Shown here: positions 1-11,544 of the stretch, piece after piece
Numbering within the stretch: position 1 is the first letter of the stretch
How the letters are laid out: each line of letters opens with the position of its first letter
DNA from: a virus
Taxonomy: Duplodnaviria; Caudoviricetes
Strand: one strand, 5' to 3'
Virus record (IMG/VR): IMGVR_UViG_3300012933_000171
Location: 13,908-77,907 of that record
Length of the DNA: 64,000 nt
Translations under genes and position numbers: made by a program
Notes under the pieces: generated by a model
Told to the model about the DNA's origin: nothing
The model's database searches: none
What the model saw: the letters and a program-made list of their open reading frames with translations, nothing else

Positions 1-3000
1 TTAACTTGAACATTGACTTAGATTACTATCAATATAGTTCTACGTTTGACCAATATTTGACCAACGAACGTTATAGAATTTCTCCTCCTGAAATCACAAT
101 TTACGGGACTGATGACACCACTGCTGCTCATAGTTACATCAATTGGATTGTTGACTATGTTAACCACAGCGGTTCAGTTGGTTCTGAAGATATCAAGTCA
201 TTGTTTAGTAACACAGATGTGCGTTTGACTTATAACGTAGCTGGCTTTACTAATAAAGATATGATTAAATTCTTTACAGAAAATAGTTCAACATCTTCTT
301 CTAAAGCATCTTTAATTCCAGAAGATAGCTATAGTATTCTATTACACAGAAACCAAGCAGTTGATACTATCACTTACAGTTCAGTGATTGTACAACGCAC
401 ACAAACCGGGTATAAAGTTTACGGCAACAGACAATCAAGTGCTTTCTTCTTAGCGATGACACCTGTATCTGGTTCGTATGAAACATTATCAGTAAACGGT
501 AAAAACATACAGTTGGCGAAAAAGTATTCGGCAGCTAAAGTAACGGTCCCTTATGGATATGAATTCAAGACGATTGAAAGTCTTTTAGAATTCATCAAGG
601 GCTACGGCAAGTATTTAGAATCACAAGGTATGACTTTCATTGATGTTGAGAATAGCATCGAATTGTCATGGGATCAGATGATTGCAGAAATATTATACTG
701 GATTCAAACAGGTTGGGACGTTGGCAGTACAGTTAACGTAAACCCTGCAGCAAACGTCTTGAGAATCAACACACCTAATGCAATTGTTGAACCATTGACA
801 TTGACTAAGCAGAACTTTGTTCTAAATCAAAACTTGCTTCCAATCTCTTTATCTGATTTGTCAGTACACAGAAACGGAACCGAACTTACAATCAAAGCAT
901 TAAACGCAGGAGATGCATTAAGTTTCTTCTCCGGACACGTTGGCTCAATTGAGCATGTTGTTGTGTTTGATAATAAGACAGTTTTCGGAGACACTATCGC
1001 TAATTTAACTACAGGCTTGCGTCAGCAACGTATGTATGTTAAGGGTACAAAGACCGCAGAATGGCAAGGTTATGTGAACAACGCAGGCTTTATTATGTCG
1101 CTAGACTCTATCACTGATTGGGTTCCTAACGCAAAATACGTAAAGGGTCAAGTTGTAAAGTACAAGAATGATTATTGGATGGCTAATCAAACGGTCATCA
1201 ACCCAACAAATAAATTTGACCTAACTGATTGGATCAAAACGTCATATGAAATGGTACGTCAACGCATGTTGCCGAACCAGTCATCTCGCTCAGTAGAATC
1301 AACATTGTTCTATGATATTAACAATGCTAACATGGCATTGGATTCTGATTTACTAGGCTTCTCGTTAGTTGGATTTAGACCACGTGATTATTTGGCAAGT
1401 GCAGACTTGTCGGAAGTTTCTCAGGTTAAGATGCACGTTGATACTATTGCTGTTAAAGGAACACCATTAACAGTAGCGGGCTTGAATAACGCAACCATTA
1501 AAAATGAAACAGTTAGTTACTCTGTACACGAAAACTGGGCAATCAAGAACAGTGAATTCGGCGGGGTGAATAACCACAACTACGTGCAATTTGGACTTTC
1601 TGAAAGTAAACTTTCTAGCAACCCGTCTGTAGTTTCATTAGTCAATAACGTCCGTGTTCCAGACGTAAACCAAGAAGTTTCATTTGCAGATGTTACTAAT
1701 TATGGTAGAACTCTAGCGAATGAATTTATTCTACCACAACGTGCTGTTGGAACAGACGACATTTTACGAAGTGCCGGTTACGTACACCTCGATGATGTGA
1801 TTGAAATGGGATACTCGATTGATAGTTTCAATGATGCTGCAATTGGTGCAATCTACAGAAACGATTATATTTGGGTAGCAAATAAAGATAACAAATGGGA
1901 CGTGTTCACTCCTATCACAGTACCGTCTCAAGTAGTATCTGCGACCAATAATTTAAATGGCACTGTTACTATTACATTCGACAAACCTCACGGCATCCAG
2001 ATTAATCAAGTAATCGGTTTGCAGAATTTTGATACAAGATTTGATGGTTACCATGTTGTAGCTGATGTTCCTGGACTTACTGCGTTGACAGTTTACAAGA
2101 CAGTAGACTCTACTATTACTAGTGTTACTAGCACAGGTTTAGCTTTCTTGTTACAAAGCCACCGTGTCACTACACCAAGAGACATCCCGTATCTTCCATT
2201 GAATCACAGTGAATATGACCCTGCTAAAGTATGGGTAGACCAATCTAGTGACGGTGATTGGAAAGTATATAAGAAGGAACTAAACTACAAACACACTCAA
2301 GTTAATGAAGGTTCAACTTCATCTAGCTTAGGTGATGCTGTTGCATATGTACCTGGTATCGGTTACTTTGCTGGAGATAAAACAGAAGGTGTAGTAACTG
2401 TTTATGCATCGTTAAAAGATGACGGAGTCTACTATCCAAAGAATACGTTATCATATCCAGGTACCAACTTTGGTTCTGTGATTAAACATGCTAACAAGAC
2501 TATTGTTATCTCTGCTCCTCATTCAACCATCAGTCAAATCTTTGTATACCGTGATGCAACTGATGAGGGTTTCTCTCAACCAGTATTAGAACAAACTATT
2601 GTTTGGGCAGGCGAAGCATCTGATATTGTCGGTAACTCTATCGCTATATCAGGCGACGGTAACCACATCTTTATGAATGCACAGTCAGGTGACTACGATT
2701 CTGTATTCATGTACACATTAGATCCTTCATTGCTAAAAACAGGTTTAGGTTTAGCAGTTGCTTCTGATATCGTTGTCAATTCAAACTCATTTACAGTTGC
2801 AGGTAATGCAACACAAACTGTAAAGGACGGTCAGCGTGTGACGTTCGCAACATCATTTGCTCAGTTGGCTGTATTGGCGGAAGAGTTTGTTCCTGATAGA
2901 AGTGATGCAGTCGACCGCATCCGCGAATCGTTTAAACTTGAAGGTAATCAAACTTCATTGTTGTCAAACGGAGATACTATTTCTTTCGGTGACACACATC

Positions 3001-6000
3001 TTAAAAATACATTGTTTACAGTGATATTGTCAAGTTATGTACCTTCCGAGAATAAGACAATGTTCTATATTGAGCAACAACCTGTGTTGATGGTTGGGTT
3101 AGAGAATGGTGTACCTACATACTTCCCTAATATCCCACTTGGCACAATGGTTTATAAAGTCTCATTCGATGATACTGCAACTTACACTGTTTCAACTAAA
3201 TCATATAACAGCACAACTGATAAGACTACTTTCTACGTAATGAGTAAGTTTACTCATAGTATTCCTAGTGGTTCTCAGTTATATGTTGCAACAATGAACT
3301 ACGAGTTAGTTGAAATTTTAGCTAACCCAGTGTCATATGTAGCTGGCGACCAGCTAGGTGCTAGTATCGCAACTAACTATGATGGTACGAAGCTGTTCAT
3401 CGGTGCTCCTAAGCACAACCAATCAGGTTCTCAAATTGCTACAGGACATATCTATGCGTTTGATAGACTAGCAGAATCATTTGAAGTACAAAGAGATGTA
3501 CCAAAGTCAAGCACACACTTGGTAATTCTACCATGGTACCCTGGCATTTCTGCAATGGTTTATAAAAACGGCAAGAGACTGCGTACTAACCAATACTTGA
3601 TTATCCTGAATGCAATTTATTTCGGACCAATTGGGTTTGACGCAGGTGACATTATCACAGTCAAGGATTCTAAAGTAGTTCAAACAGGAACATTTATCAA
3701 CGGTGCTCCCGAAGACTTGCGCTCAGGTCAGTGGTTCGGTTATTCTATGGACTGTTCTAGTGACGGTACAGAATTGATTGTTGGAGCTCCATATGCATTA
3801 ACTTCTGACGGTTACGAGGGTGCAGTCTATCGATTCACAGATCCAGGCAAACGCTATGGTATGTTAGTTGGGTCGACTCCTGCATCATTGAACGAACCCA
3901 CATACATACTCTTGAACGGATATCGTGTGAATGCGTTTGGTATTTCTAATATCACTACGACTGTAACTCAAAACTCTACTTCAGTGACTATCGATCCAAA
4001 CGAAGCAAAACTATTACCTGAATCTGGCGTGATTAGATTTGTTAAGTTTGCAGGGGACTCATATGATATTGCATATAGTTCAGTCAATGACACTACTGGC
4101 GTGATTACATTTAGCGTACCTTTCCCGTACAATGTAAGTTGCGCACCATCAACAAGTCAACTATACACACCATTAGGGGCAGCTACTAACATTGCTAACT
4201 GCATCAATAATTCAAATATTACAAACATATTTGCGTATGCAACTGAAGATAACAGATTAATTATTCGCTTGCGTGACATGTCGTTAGCACCTAGCATGAA
4301 CAAATTAAATCTAAGTGTGTTTAACGGTAACTTCTGGACAATGTTAGGTATGATGCCTTATCCAATGTCGCAAACTATTGTTGCTCCACATAAAGAGCAT
4401 CAAACACAGTTCGGTTTCGCAGTTAAGTATAATGAGGTGAATTCATTCGTAGTCGGTGCGCCGACAGCAACTAGATTTGCAGCTACACGTTTCGATTACA
4501 CAGATGAAACTACTGCACATACTGATACTGCCTTCGATAATAATATGATAATCTGGGAGGATTCTTTCACTCGTGCTGGTGCAGTCTACATGTACGACTA
4601 CATCGATTCATATGAAGAGGCGTTAGATAACATGGGCAAATATGTCTACTCTCAACCATGTAATGACATAACTAGTGCGTATGGATCCCACCCGATGTAT
4701 GGTGCTTCTGTTGATTTTACTAACAACAGAGTCATCATTGGCTCACCTGGTTTCGAATCTTTAGGTGGCAAAGTTACTATCTATAGAAATGACACTGGAA
4801 CACCTAACTGGTCTGTACATCGCTCATCTGAACAAGTAGTTGATATTAACAAAATAAGCAAGATCCAATTGTTCAATAACTCAACTAATGTAACTGAAGT
4901 CTCATTAGATTACTTTGATCCATTGCAAGGAAAATTACTAAGTGTTGTAGAATCGAACATCGATTTTGCCCGCTCTGTTGACCCTGCAGCATATAACAAT
5001 GGTAGCACTAATACTACGATTGCTTGGGGTAAAGACCACGTTGGTAAAATTTGGTTCAATACTGCGAACGTAAGATTCTATAATTACCATCAAGCTAATG
5101 ATGTTGCCTACAATAGTAAACACTGGGGTGTTCCGTTCCCAGGCAGCTCAGTCGATGTATATACTTGGGTTGAGAGTAGCACTCCACCTAACGAATACAC
5201 CGGTCCTGGCATAGTGTTAAACACTACACAATTTAGCGTGTCATTTACAACTGATTCGTCTGATGCATTGGTTGCAAAATACTATTTCTGGGTTAACGGT
5301 ACTAACATGCTTAGTTCAAAATTAGGCAAGACGTTGACCGACTCTGCAATCGCAACGTATATCAAATACCCACAAGAGTCTGGTGTACCTTTCGTTGCTC
5401 CATTACGCACTAATGTGTTTGGATTGTATAACTCATTAGATTTTATTCGAGGTGATGATACATTCATACACGTTGGTTTCAGTACGACCGACAGAGATGT
5501 TCGAGGTCACACTGAATTTAAGTTGATTAGTACAAATACAACTGAGTTCTTACCAGGATTACCTGATTTCAAGAAAGGTGTTTCAGAGCCTTACGGTCTA
5601 TACGCAAAATATGTTGACAGCTTTGCAGGTGAAGACGCTGCCGGTGCAACAGTACCTGATGCATCTTTACCAAAACTGATGCAAGTCGGCGTAAGCGTAA
5701 GACCAAGACAAAGCATGTTTGTCAATCGCTTGCTGGCGCTAAAGAACTTGGTTGAGTACACTAATAAAATTATCATCCAATTCCCAGTAGCAGAAACAGC
5801 TTCGGCTACATTCTTGCACTTCGCTACAGAAACTATCGACACTACAAAATATTGGGATTACTCATATTGGTGGGCAACGGGTTACTCTGAAAAGAATAGA
5901 CCTAAGTTTGAAGTTGAGTCGGTTGATATTTTGAAAACTATCGAACCAGTTGAGAATTTAATTGTGTCAGTCTCTAAGAATTCTAACGGAAACAGAGAAG

Positions 6001-9000
6001 TCTATGTAGTTCAGAATTCTGAATGGGTTCGTATTGGTTTAGAGAATGGAACTTATCAATTCTTATCTACTGTGTACGACTACGCACCAGAGGGTATTGG
6101 TTTCGGTAATGGTTTCTATGACTTAGAACTATACGACAACAACACTGCACAGGAGACTAGATATATTGTACGTGCAATCAATGAACAGCTATTTGTAGGT
6201 GACTTAGAAATCCACCGTAACAAGAGTTTGACATTGATGTTTGAATTCATTCAAAGTGAGAACATTGAATCTCATAACTATCTACCATGGTTGAATAAGA
6301 CAAAGTTTGCTGATGTTAACTACACAGTTCGCACGTTGAAACAAACTCCTAAGTATATAGCAGACGAGACTTCTTTAATCGAAGGGTATGTTAACGAAAT
6401 TAAACCGTTCAGCGTTGTTCTTAAAGAGTTTGTTGAAACATATAAAGTATCTGATGTAGTCAACGGTACAGCTACGGACTTTGATTTGCCGTCATACTAC
6501 GACTTTGAAGCAGGTAAATTTGTATCTCCTCAAGTTGTGTTCGGTGTATCTGCAAACGCAGAACAAAAAACAATCAACGACTCTGTTTGGGGAGACTATA
6601 GATACTTTGACTGGATTAGCAATTTAGGAATGGGCGTTAAGGGTGGAGAGGCTCAGCACATCACAAACTTGACTCAGTACATTAACGAGACCATGATTGA
6701 TGTTTATGTCGAAAATGCGTACACACTTCCTTATCAAGGTATCATGTACTTGGGCGCAGAACAAATCGGTTATACCAGTATCGACAGACAGCTTGGCAAG
6801 TTAACTGGAGTTTCTCGTGGTGTCAATAATACACCTCGTTCAGTACATCATGTAGGCACACCTATCTTTATGTATACACCTGATGTGTTTGTTTTAAACC
6901 CTGGTAAAAACTATCAACTCCCTCCAAAGATTACAGCGGTGATTGACACTACTGTTTACCCAGCCCCACGAAGCGAAGCATTATTCGAAGCCGTGATGCA
7001 AGCTGATAAAGTAGTAGCAGTAAAAGTAATTCAACCAGGTGAAGGTTATGTAACTACTCCTGAATTGATTGTCGAACCTAGCGCAACATTCACGTTTGAT
7101 AATTTTAGCACTGATACTCTTGGCGCTGATAATCTAATTGATGTTGCCAATAGTAAGTTAGTCACAACAGTTAATGTAACTGCTGATATTAGTTCATATG
7201 ATGTTGTAAAAGTTGAATCGGTCACTGACGGTGAGCCAGTAATTGCCGATGGGTTCTATTATGTAAAAGTATCAGAGAGCAGTGGAAGTTATGTACTTAC
7301 ATTCTTTGAAACATACAAAGATGCAAAAACTGATTCTAAAGGAATTCAGTTCAACAATACAGTAAAAACAGCTGGCTATGTACTGAACGTACATGTCACT
7401 GCACAACTAGTACCTACAATGAGAACTACTGGTGTTCGTGATTTGAAAACAACTATCAAATTTGACAGAGTTAGTTATTCAAGTAAAGTTAAAGAATGGC
7501 AACCAGGTTTATTCTGGTCAGCTCCTTACTCTAGTTTAGGTAACGATTCTTCTTCATCTGAAGAAAGTAGTTCTACAACAATCTTATCAAGCTCACAAGG
7601 TGTAGTGTTACCAATTAATGGTCTGCGTAATGATAACGGCTTTGCAGTCGTAGGATTTGACTACGCATACAGTAACATTAGCCCTGGGCAAATTGATAAC
7701 GCAATGCTGCAATTCTACAAAGTTACTCCTAGTTATACTCCATCGATTGTTGATGGAACAAACGGACGTGCTGAGATTCAAATCTTTAGACCAAAATTCG
7801 GTAACAACAAGTTATCAGAAGTGTACACTATTAAAGTAGTATCTCCGGGAACTATCTACACTAACGACTATGTAATTAGAATTAGTGGCTCAGAACTAGG
7901 TGGACAAGATGGTGTAAATGATGCGACTATTCTAATCAAGTATGCTGATGAAAACACTGGTGCGATTATAATTGCAACTGTATCAGGCAGAGCAGCCGGC
8001 ACATTTGATGAATTCTATGTTAAGCCAGTTAATAGCACAGAAGTTAACGTATACTCAGACCCGGCAATGATCCGTAGAGTACCATTCACATCATTCATTT
8101 GGAATGGTGCGTTGAATCTAACACAGGACTTCGGTGACGTAGGCAATGATTATGCTTACTTACCTGAACCAGTGTCTCACGATATCTTCTCGCAGCACGA
8201 GACTGTCTCGATAGTAACATATGCCGGAGTAATTTGGGCATGTAAGGAGAGTAATTTTGATGAGGTGTTTGACCCATCTAAGTGGACTCCGTTGACAACT
8301 GCCGACGTGTCAATGACAGCGTTGGAACGTATTGACGGATTCTATCAGCCAACAATTGGTATGGTTCCGAAAGACCATCAGCAATTATTAAAAGGCATTA
8401 CTTATCCAAACACTGTGTACTTTGGTAACAAGTTTGCACCTGAAGACGTTGTTGAAGAAGATGTAATCTTGACTGATAACTTGTTCACAAATAGCGAAGC
8501 TGATGTTAAGGGTGTAGTCTTTAACGGTACAAATTATGTCGCAGTCGCTACATGTGACGGACTAACGTTCGTGTTGACACAAACTGAGGTTGGCACATGG
8601 AAATCAACTAGAATTTCTCTACAAGAATTGCCAGTGACAAGTTTCTCTTATTCCGATGAAAAGTACGTAATCACTCTTGATGATGATACTAATCCACTAT
8701 TGGTTAGTTTTGATGGAGCTCGTTGGATCAGCTTAGGTGATAGAACTACTTACGATTCGTTAGATTTTGATGATGGTTCATATGATGACTCTACTTTACA
8801 AATTAGTTTAGGTGGCATTTTGAATTCCGCAACAGTGGATGGTGAGTTCATCACTGTCGGAAGTAAAATTGATGTATCATCTGGATGCTTAGTCTGGACA
8901 ACTACTCACTCAGTCGGTGATGCAATTAGAACATTTAATACTCTCAGAGATGTGGTATTCTTAGACACTGAGCAATATAAAGGATATGTTGCTGTAGGAT

Positions 9001-11378
9001 CTAGAATAATTGTGACTGATGGAGTCGATACTCCTGCACCAACACTCGGTACTGCTGCATTAGTCTTGACTAGTGTTGACGCAAAGACATGGTCAGTGGT
9101 AAATTCAGTGAATACTATGTTTGTTCCGGTAGCAGCAACAGCAACACCTGAAGGATTGGTAGCAGTAGGCGAATCTGGTAAGATAATGTTCAGCGGAAAT
9201 GCAGTAACATGGATTGAAGCATTTATCGACGGTGACGATATCAATGAATCTATCATTGACGTTGCTTACGGAAATGGAATGTTAATTGCAATCACTGCGT
9301 CTGGCATCATTTTAACGTCAGATGATGGTTTGACATGGGTACAACAGTCAGTTACCGTCAATGAAACATTGTTCTCGATTGTATTCATTAATAGCAATTT
9401 TGTAATTTCTGGACAAAACGGAACATTGCGAGTTAGCTCTAACGGTTCAACTTGGACAAACATCTTGACTCAAACTTTATCTGACACTACTTATGTAGTT
9501 AAGGGCAACGACTTCTTGTTTGGTTATGGACCAGAAGAAATGGTTGCTGGTATTATTTCAGATAAAGTCAACATGACTGTTACATCAGCGCCCGGTGCAT
9601 ATTGGAACAGAGACGGATCTGAACAGATTTGGTACTATGCGTCTGGATTTAGTATGATCCAAGTCAAGCGTGAAATCAACGAAACTCTAACAGCATCTTT
9701 CGCGGAAACTGTAGCCAACGGTGCAGGTGCAGCGGTATTCATTATAAATGAAGATGGTACCATGACTCGTTTGTATGAAAACTTCTCAACAGTAGCAACC
9801 CCGTACACTTACACAATCAACTGGAATTCTAAAACTGTTACAGTTAACAGTGAAGATTTGATAGGGAAAACTGTGTTATTAGAACTTTATGAATTTGGTA
9901 ATGCGACAGAGAGACAACGTGAAAGCACTGAGACTATGCCGTTGTTCGATGACGTTAATACCGGACATAGCTCTATTAACACCGGACTACCAATGTTGTA
10001 TGGTAAAGACCTTACTCCAGTCGTTCTTGCACAAAAGCAAGGCGAAGTTTTAACACGCTTAGAGTTTGGGGTAGACTTCACAACGTATGAAGGTGACAAC
10101 AATTCGTTAATCTTGTCACTGAATGAAACATACGATTCGGAAACAGATTACATTGTATATTCTATTGTACGTACTGGTAAATCTTCGGACAACATTGATG
10201 AGCATTATGTCTCATTGCCAGAAACCCAGTTGTTCACTGAAGGTGGTACTGAGTTTGTTATTTCATTAGGAGTGACAGCTCTACCTATCCCTAACTTTAG
10301 AAATTCAATTCCAAGTGCAATCGTTGAAGTCGACGGTGTTCGTTTAAGATTCTTAAACGACTACTTAATAGATGAAAACAGTTTCACACTAACTTTATTG
10401 AACGAAGTTCAGGAAGGACAAACTGTAGCAGTAACTATGTTTAATGGTATTACTCGTCAATATATGTCTACTGCTAGTGAAGTGTCAACTGACAATTACT
10501 CAACATACTCGATAACAGTACCGAGTCCAGATACGTTGGTACCGAGCCCAATGTCTCCGATTGTATACAGCAACGGTCAACGTGCTTGGGTGACGGTTGA
10601 TGGTCTTCGCATCGACCCTGCGTTAATTACATTTGGGGATGACAACTTGATGACTATCGACTATCCTGTACAAGAAGGTCAAGTTGTAATGGCAACTGCT
10701 ATGGTATCGTCAGCTTCACCAAATCAGCAAACATATCGCATCGAGATTGACAAGAACAACAATAAAGTTATTCGCCGTATGAATATGGAAGACACAACAT
10801 GGTTGGTTAAAGAAATCAACGATGTTGACACAGAAATCCATGTTCAAGATGCTGAGTACTTGATTGAGAAGTCAAATACACAATCAATTGTAGAACAGAA
10901 TGCCGATGGTACACTATATGCATTTGTTAACGGCTTCTTCACTGATGTGTCAGGCGTGTCAATCTATGATATAACTAAAGACGTTCAGGTTCCTTACGAT
11001 TTCACAGCATTGAGAATGATTACTGGTCGTCCTGCAGTAGTGTTTGACGATTTTGTTGAAGTTGGTGATGAATTGACCTTGACAATTTACCGCGGTGATA
11101 CTATCGAAGTCAACGGTGAAAAGATTCATTTTGCAGAAGTTGACTTAGAAAATAACGTATTGCTTGGAATCACAAGAGGTTCGTATGGAACACAGATTCA
11201 ATCATATCACCCTGTCAATAGCAGAGTAATCAGTTTAAGTAGCGCAAAGGTAATGGACCCAGCGTACTATGACAGAGTTTGGACAGATACTACAGTGTTC
11301 CAATATCATACGTTCGAGATTCCGTTGCAGTTGAGTCAGACTGAACCTGCGAAGTTCTTGCAAATGAACAATATTTGA
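1..11378 (+). CDS. Giant virion structural protein (baseplate/tail-associated), 5'-truncated by the window edge
   Basis: Frame is open from the window start for >3790 aa. It has FG-GAP-like beta-propeller repeats (FIGAP, IVGAP, VVGAP, IIGSP) and BNR-like SxDGxxW repeats, and lies upstream of tail genes. Confidence 0.75.
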   Translation, partial: NLNIDLDYYQYSSTFDQYLTNERYRISPPEITIYGTDDTTAAHSYINWIVDYVNHSGSVGSEDIKSLFSNTDVRLTYNVAGFTNKDMIKFFTENSSTSSSKASLIPEDSYSILLHRNQAVDTITYSSVIVQRTQTGYKVYGNRQSSAFFLAMTPVSGSYETLSVNGKNIQLAKKYSAAKVTVPYGYEFKTIESLLEFIKGYGKYLESQGMTFIDVENSIELSWDQMIAEILYWIQTGWDVGSTVNVNPAANVLRINTPNAIVEPLTLTKQNFVLNQNLLPISLSDLSVHRNGTELTIKALNAGDALSFFSGHVGSIEHVVVFDNKTVFGDTIANLTTGLRQQRMYVKGTKTAEWQGYVNNAGFIMSLDSITDWVPNAKYVKGQVVKYKNDYWMANQTVINPTNKFDLTDWIKTSYEMVRQRMLPNQSSRSVESTLFYDINNANMALDSDLLGFSLVGFRPRDYLASADLSEVSQVKMHVDTIAVKGTPLTVAGLNNATIKNETVSYSVHENWAIKNSEFGGVNNHNYVQFGLSESKLSSNPSVVSLVNNVRVPDVNQEVSFADVTNYGRTLANEFILPQRAVGTDDILRSAGYVHLDDVIEMGYSIDSFNDAAIGAIYRNDYIWVANKDNKWDVFTPITVPSQVVSATNNLNGTVTITFDKPHGIQINQVIGLQNFDTRFDGYHVVADVPGLTALTVYKTVDSTITSVTSTGLAFLLQSHRVTTPRDIPYLPLNHSEYDPAKVWVDQSSDGDWKVYKKELNYKHTQVNEGSTSSSLGDAVAYVPGIGYFAGDKTEGVVTVYASLKDDGVYYPKNTLSYPGTNFGSVIKHANKTIVISAPHSTISQIFVYRDATDEGFSQPVLEQTIVWAGEASDIVGNSIAISGDGNHIFMNAQSGDYDSVFMYTLDPSLLKTGLGLAVASDIVVNSNSFTVAGNATQTVKDGQRVTFATSFAQLAVLAEEFVPDRSDAVDRIRESFKLEGNQTSLLSNGDTISFGDTHLKNTLFTVILSSYVPSENKTMFYIEQQPVLMVGLENGVPTYFPNIPLGTMVYKVSFDDTATYTVSTKSYNSTTDKTTFYVMSKFTHSIPSGSQLYVATMNYELVEILANPVSYVAGDQLGASIATNYDGTKLFIGAPKHNQSGSQIATGHIYAFDRLAESFEVQRDVPKSSTHLVILPWYPGISAMVYKNGKRLRTNQYLIILNAIYFGPIGFDAGDIITVKDSKVVQTGTFINGAPEDLRSGQWFGYSMDCSSDGTELIVGAPYALTSDGYEGAVYRFTDPGKRYGMLVGSTPASLNEPTYILLNGYRVNAFGISNITTTVTQNSTSVTIDPNEAKLLPESGVIRFVKFAGDSYDIAYSSVNDTTGVITFSVPFPYNVSCAPSTSQLYTPLGAATNIANCINNSNITNIFAYATEDNRLIIRLRDMSLAPSMNKLNLSVFNGNFWTMLGMMPYPMSQTIVAPHKEHQTQFGFAVKYNEVNSFVVGAPTATRFAATRFDYTDETTAHTDTAFDNNMIIWEDSFTRAGAVYMYDYIDSYEEALDNMGKYVYSQPCNDITSAYGSHPMYGASVDFTNNRVIIGSPGFESLGGKVTIYRNDTGTPNWSVHRSSEQVVDINKISKIQLFNNSTNVTEVSLDYFDPLQGKLLSVVESNIDFARSVDPAAYNNGSTNTTIAWGKDHVGKIWFNTANVRFYNYHQANDVAYNSKHWGVPFPGSSVDVYTWVESSTPPNEYTGPGIVLNTTQFSVSFTTDSSDALVAKYYFWVNGTNMLSSKLGKTLTDSAIATYIKYPQESGVPFVAPLRTNVFGLYNSLDFIRGDDTFIHVGFSTTDRDVRGHTEFKLISTNTTEFLPGLPDFKKGVSEPYGLYAKYVDSFAGEDAAGATVPDASLPKLMQVGVSVRPRQSMFVNRLLALKNLVEYTNKIIIQFPVAETASATFLHFATETIDTTKYWDYSYWWATGYSEKNRPKFEVESVDILKTIEPVENLIVSVSKNSNGNREVYVVQNSEWVRIGLENGTYQFLSTVYDYAPEGIGFGNGFYDLELYDNNTAQETRYIVRAINEQLFVGDLEIHRNKSLTLMFEFIQSENIESHNYLPWLNKTKFADVNYTVRTLKQTPKYIADETSLIEGYVNEIKPFSVVLKEFVETYKVSDVVNGTATDFDLPSYYDFEAGKFVSPQVVFGVSANAEQKTINDSVWGDYRYFDWISNLGMGVKGGEAQHITNLTQYINETMIDVYVENAYTLPYQGIMYLGAEQIGYTSIDRQLGKLTGVSRGVNNTPRSVHHVGTPIFMYTPDVFVLNPGKNYQLPPKITAVIDTTVYPAPRSEALFEAVMQADKVVAVKVIQPGEGYVTTPELIVEPSATFTFDNFSTDTLGADNLIDVANSKLVTTVNVTADISSYDVVKVESVTDGEPVIADGFYYVKVSESSGSYVLTFFETYKDAKTDSKGIQFNNTVKTAGYVLNVHVTAQLVPTMRTTGVRDLKTTIKFDRVSYSSKVKEWQPGLFWSAPYSSLGNDSSSSEESSSTTILSSSQGVVLPINGLRNDNGFAVVGFDYAYSNISPGQIDNAMLQFYKVTPSYTPSIVDGTNGRAEIQIFRPKFGNNKLSEVYTIKVVSPGTIYTNDYVIRISGSELGGQDGVNDATILIKYADENTGAIIIATVSGRAAGTFDEFYVKPVNSTEVNVYSDPAMIRRVPFTSFIWNGALNLTQDFGDVGNDYAYLPEPVSHDIFSQHETVSIVTYAGVIWACKESNFDEVFDPSKWTPLTTADVSMTALERIDGFYQPTIGMVPKDHQQLLKGITYPNTVYFGNKFAPEDVVEEDVILTDNLFTNSEADVKGVVFNGTNYVAVATCDGLTFVLTQTEVGTWKSTRISLQELPVTSFSYSDEKYVITLDDDTNPLLVSFDGARWISLGDRTTYDSLDFDDGSYDDSTLQISLGGILNSATVDGEFITVGSKIDVSSGCLVWTTTHSVGDAIRTFNTLRDVVFLDTEQYKGYVAVGSRIIVTDGVDTPAPTLGTAALVLTSVDAKTWSVVNSVNTMFVPVAATATPEGLVAVGESGKIMFSGNAVTWIEAFIDGDDINESIIDVAYGNGMLIAITASGIILTSDDGLTWVQQSVTVNETLFSIVFINSNFVISGQNGTLRVSSNGSTWTNILTQTLSDTTYVVKGNDFLFGYGPEEMVAGIISDKVNMTVTSAPGAYWNRDGSEQIWYYASGFSMIQVKREINETLTASFAETVANGAGAAVFIINEDGTMTRLYENFSTVATPYTYTINWNSKTVTVNSEDLIGKTVLLELYEFGNATERQRESTETMPLFDDVNTGHSSINTGLPMLYGKDLTPVVLAQKQGEVLTRLEFGVDFTTYEGDNNSLILSLNETYDSETDYIVYSIVRTGKSSDNIDEHYVSLPETQLFTEGGTEFVISLGVTALPIPNFRNSIPSAIVEVDGVRLRFLNDYLIDENSFTLTLLNEVQEGQTVAVTMFNGITRQYMSTASEVSTDNYSTYSITVPSPDTLVPSPMSPIVYSNGQRAWVTVDGLRIDPALITFGDDNLMTIDYPVQEGQVVMATAMVSSASPNQQTYRIEIDKNNNKVIRRMNMEDTTWLVKEINDVDTEIHVQDAEYLIEKSNTQSIVEQNADGTLYAFVNGFFTDVSGVSIYDITKDVQVPYDFTALRMITGRPAVVFDDFVEVGDELTLTIYRGDTIEVNGEKIHFAEVDLENNVLLGITRGSYGTQIQSYHPVNSRVISLSSAKVMDPAYYDRVWTDTTVFQYHTFEIPLQLSQTEPAKFLQMNNI

Positions 11379-11394
11379 GAGATAAATATAGTTT

Positions 11395-11544
11395 ATGAGT
11401 GATAAACCCGAAGACAAAGAACCCCAAGAAAAAGTTGAACAGTCCAAAGTAGATGAGTTCAACGGGGTTTTCTTTAGTACAAGTGTGAAAATACACGACC
11501 CTAACACGGAAGAAGTGTTAGTACAATTACGAGGCGACATTTAA
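11395..11544 (+). CDS. 49-aa hypothetical protein missing from the ORF track (MSDKPEDK...VKIHDPNTEEVLVQLRGDI)
   Basis: ATG lies 6 nt after TAAATA and the stop abuts the next ATG at 11545. The C-terminus resembles the next protein's N-terminus. Confidence 0.7.
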   Translation: MSDKPEDKEPQEKVEQSKVDEFNGVFFSTSVKIHDPNTEEVLVQLRGDI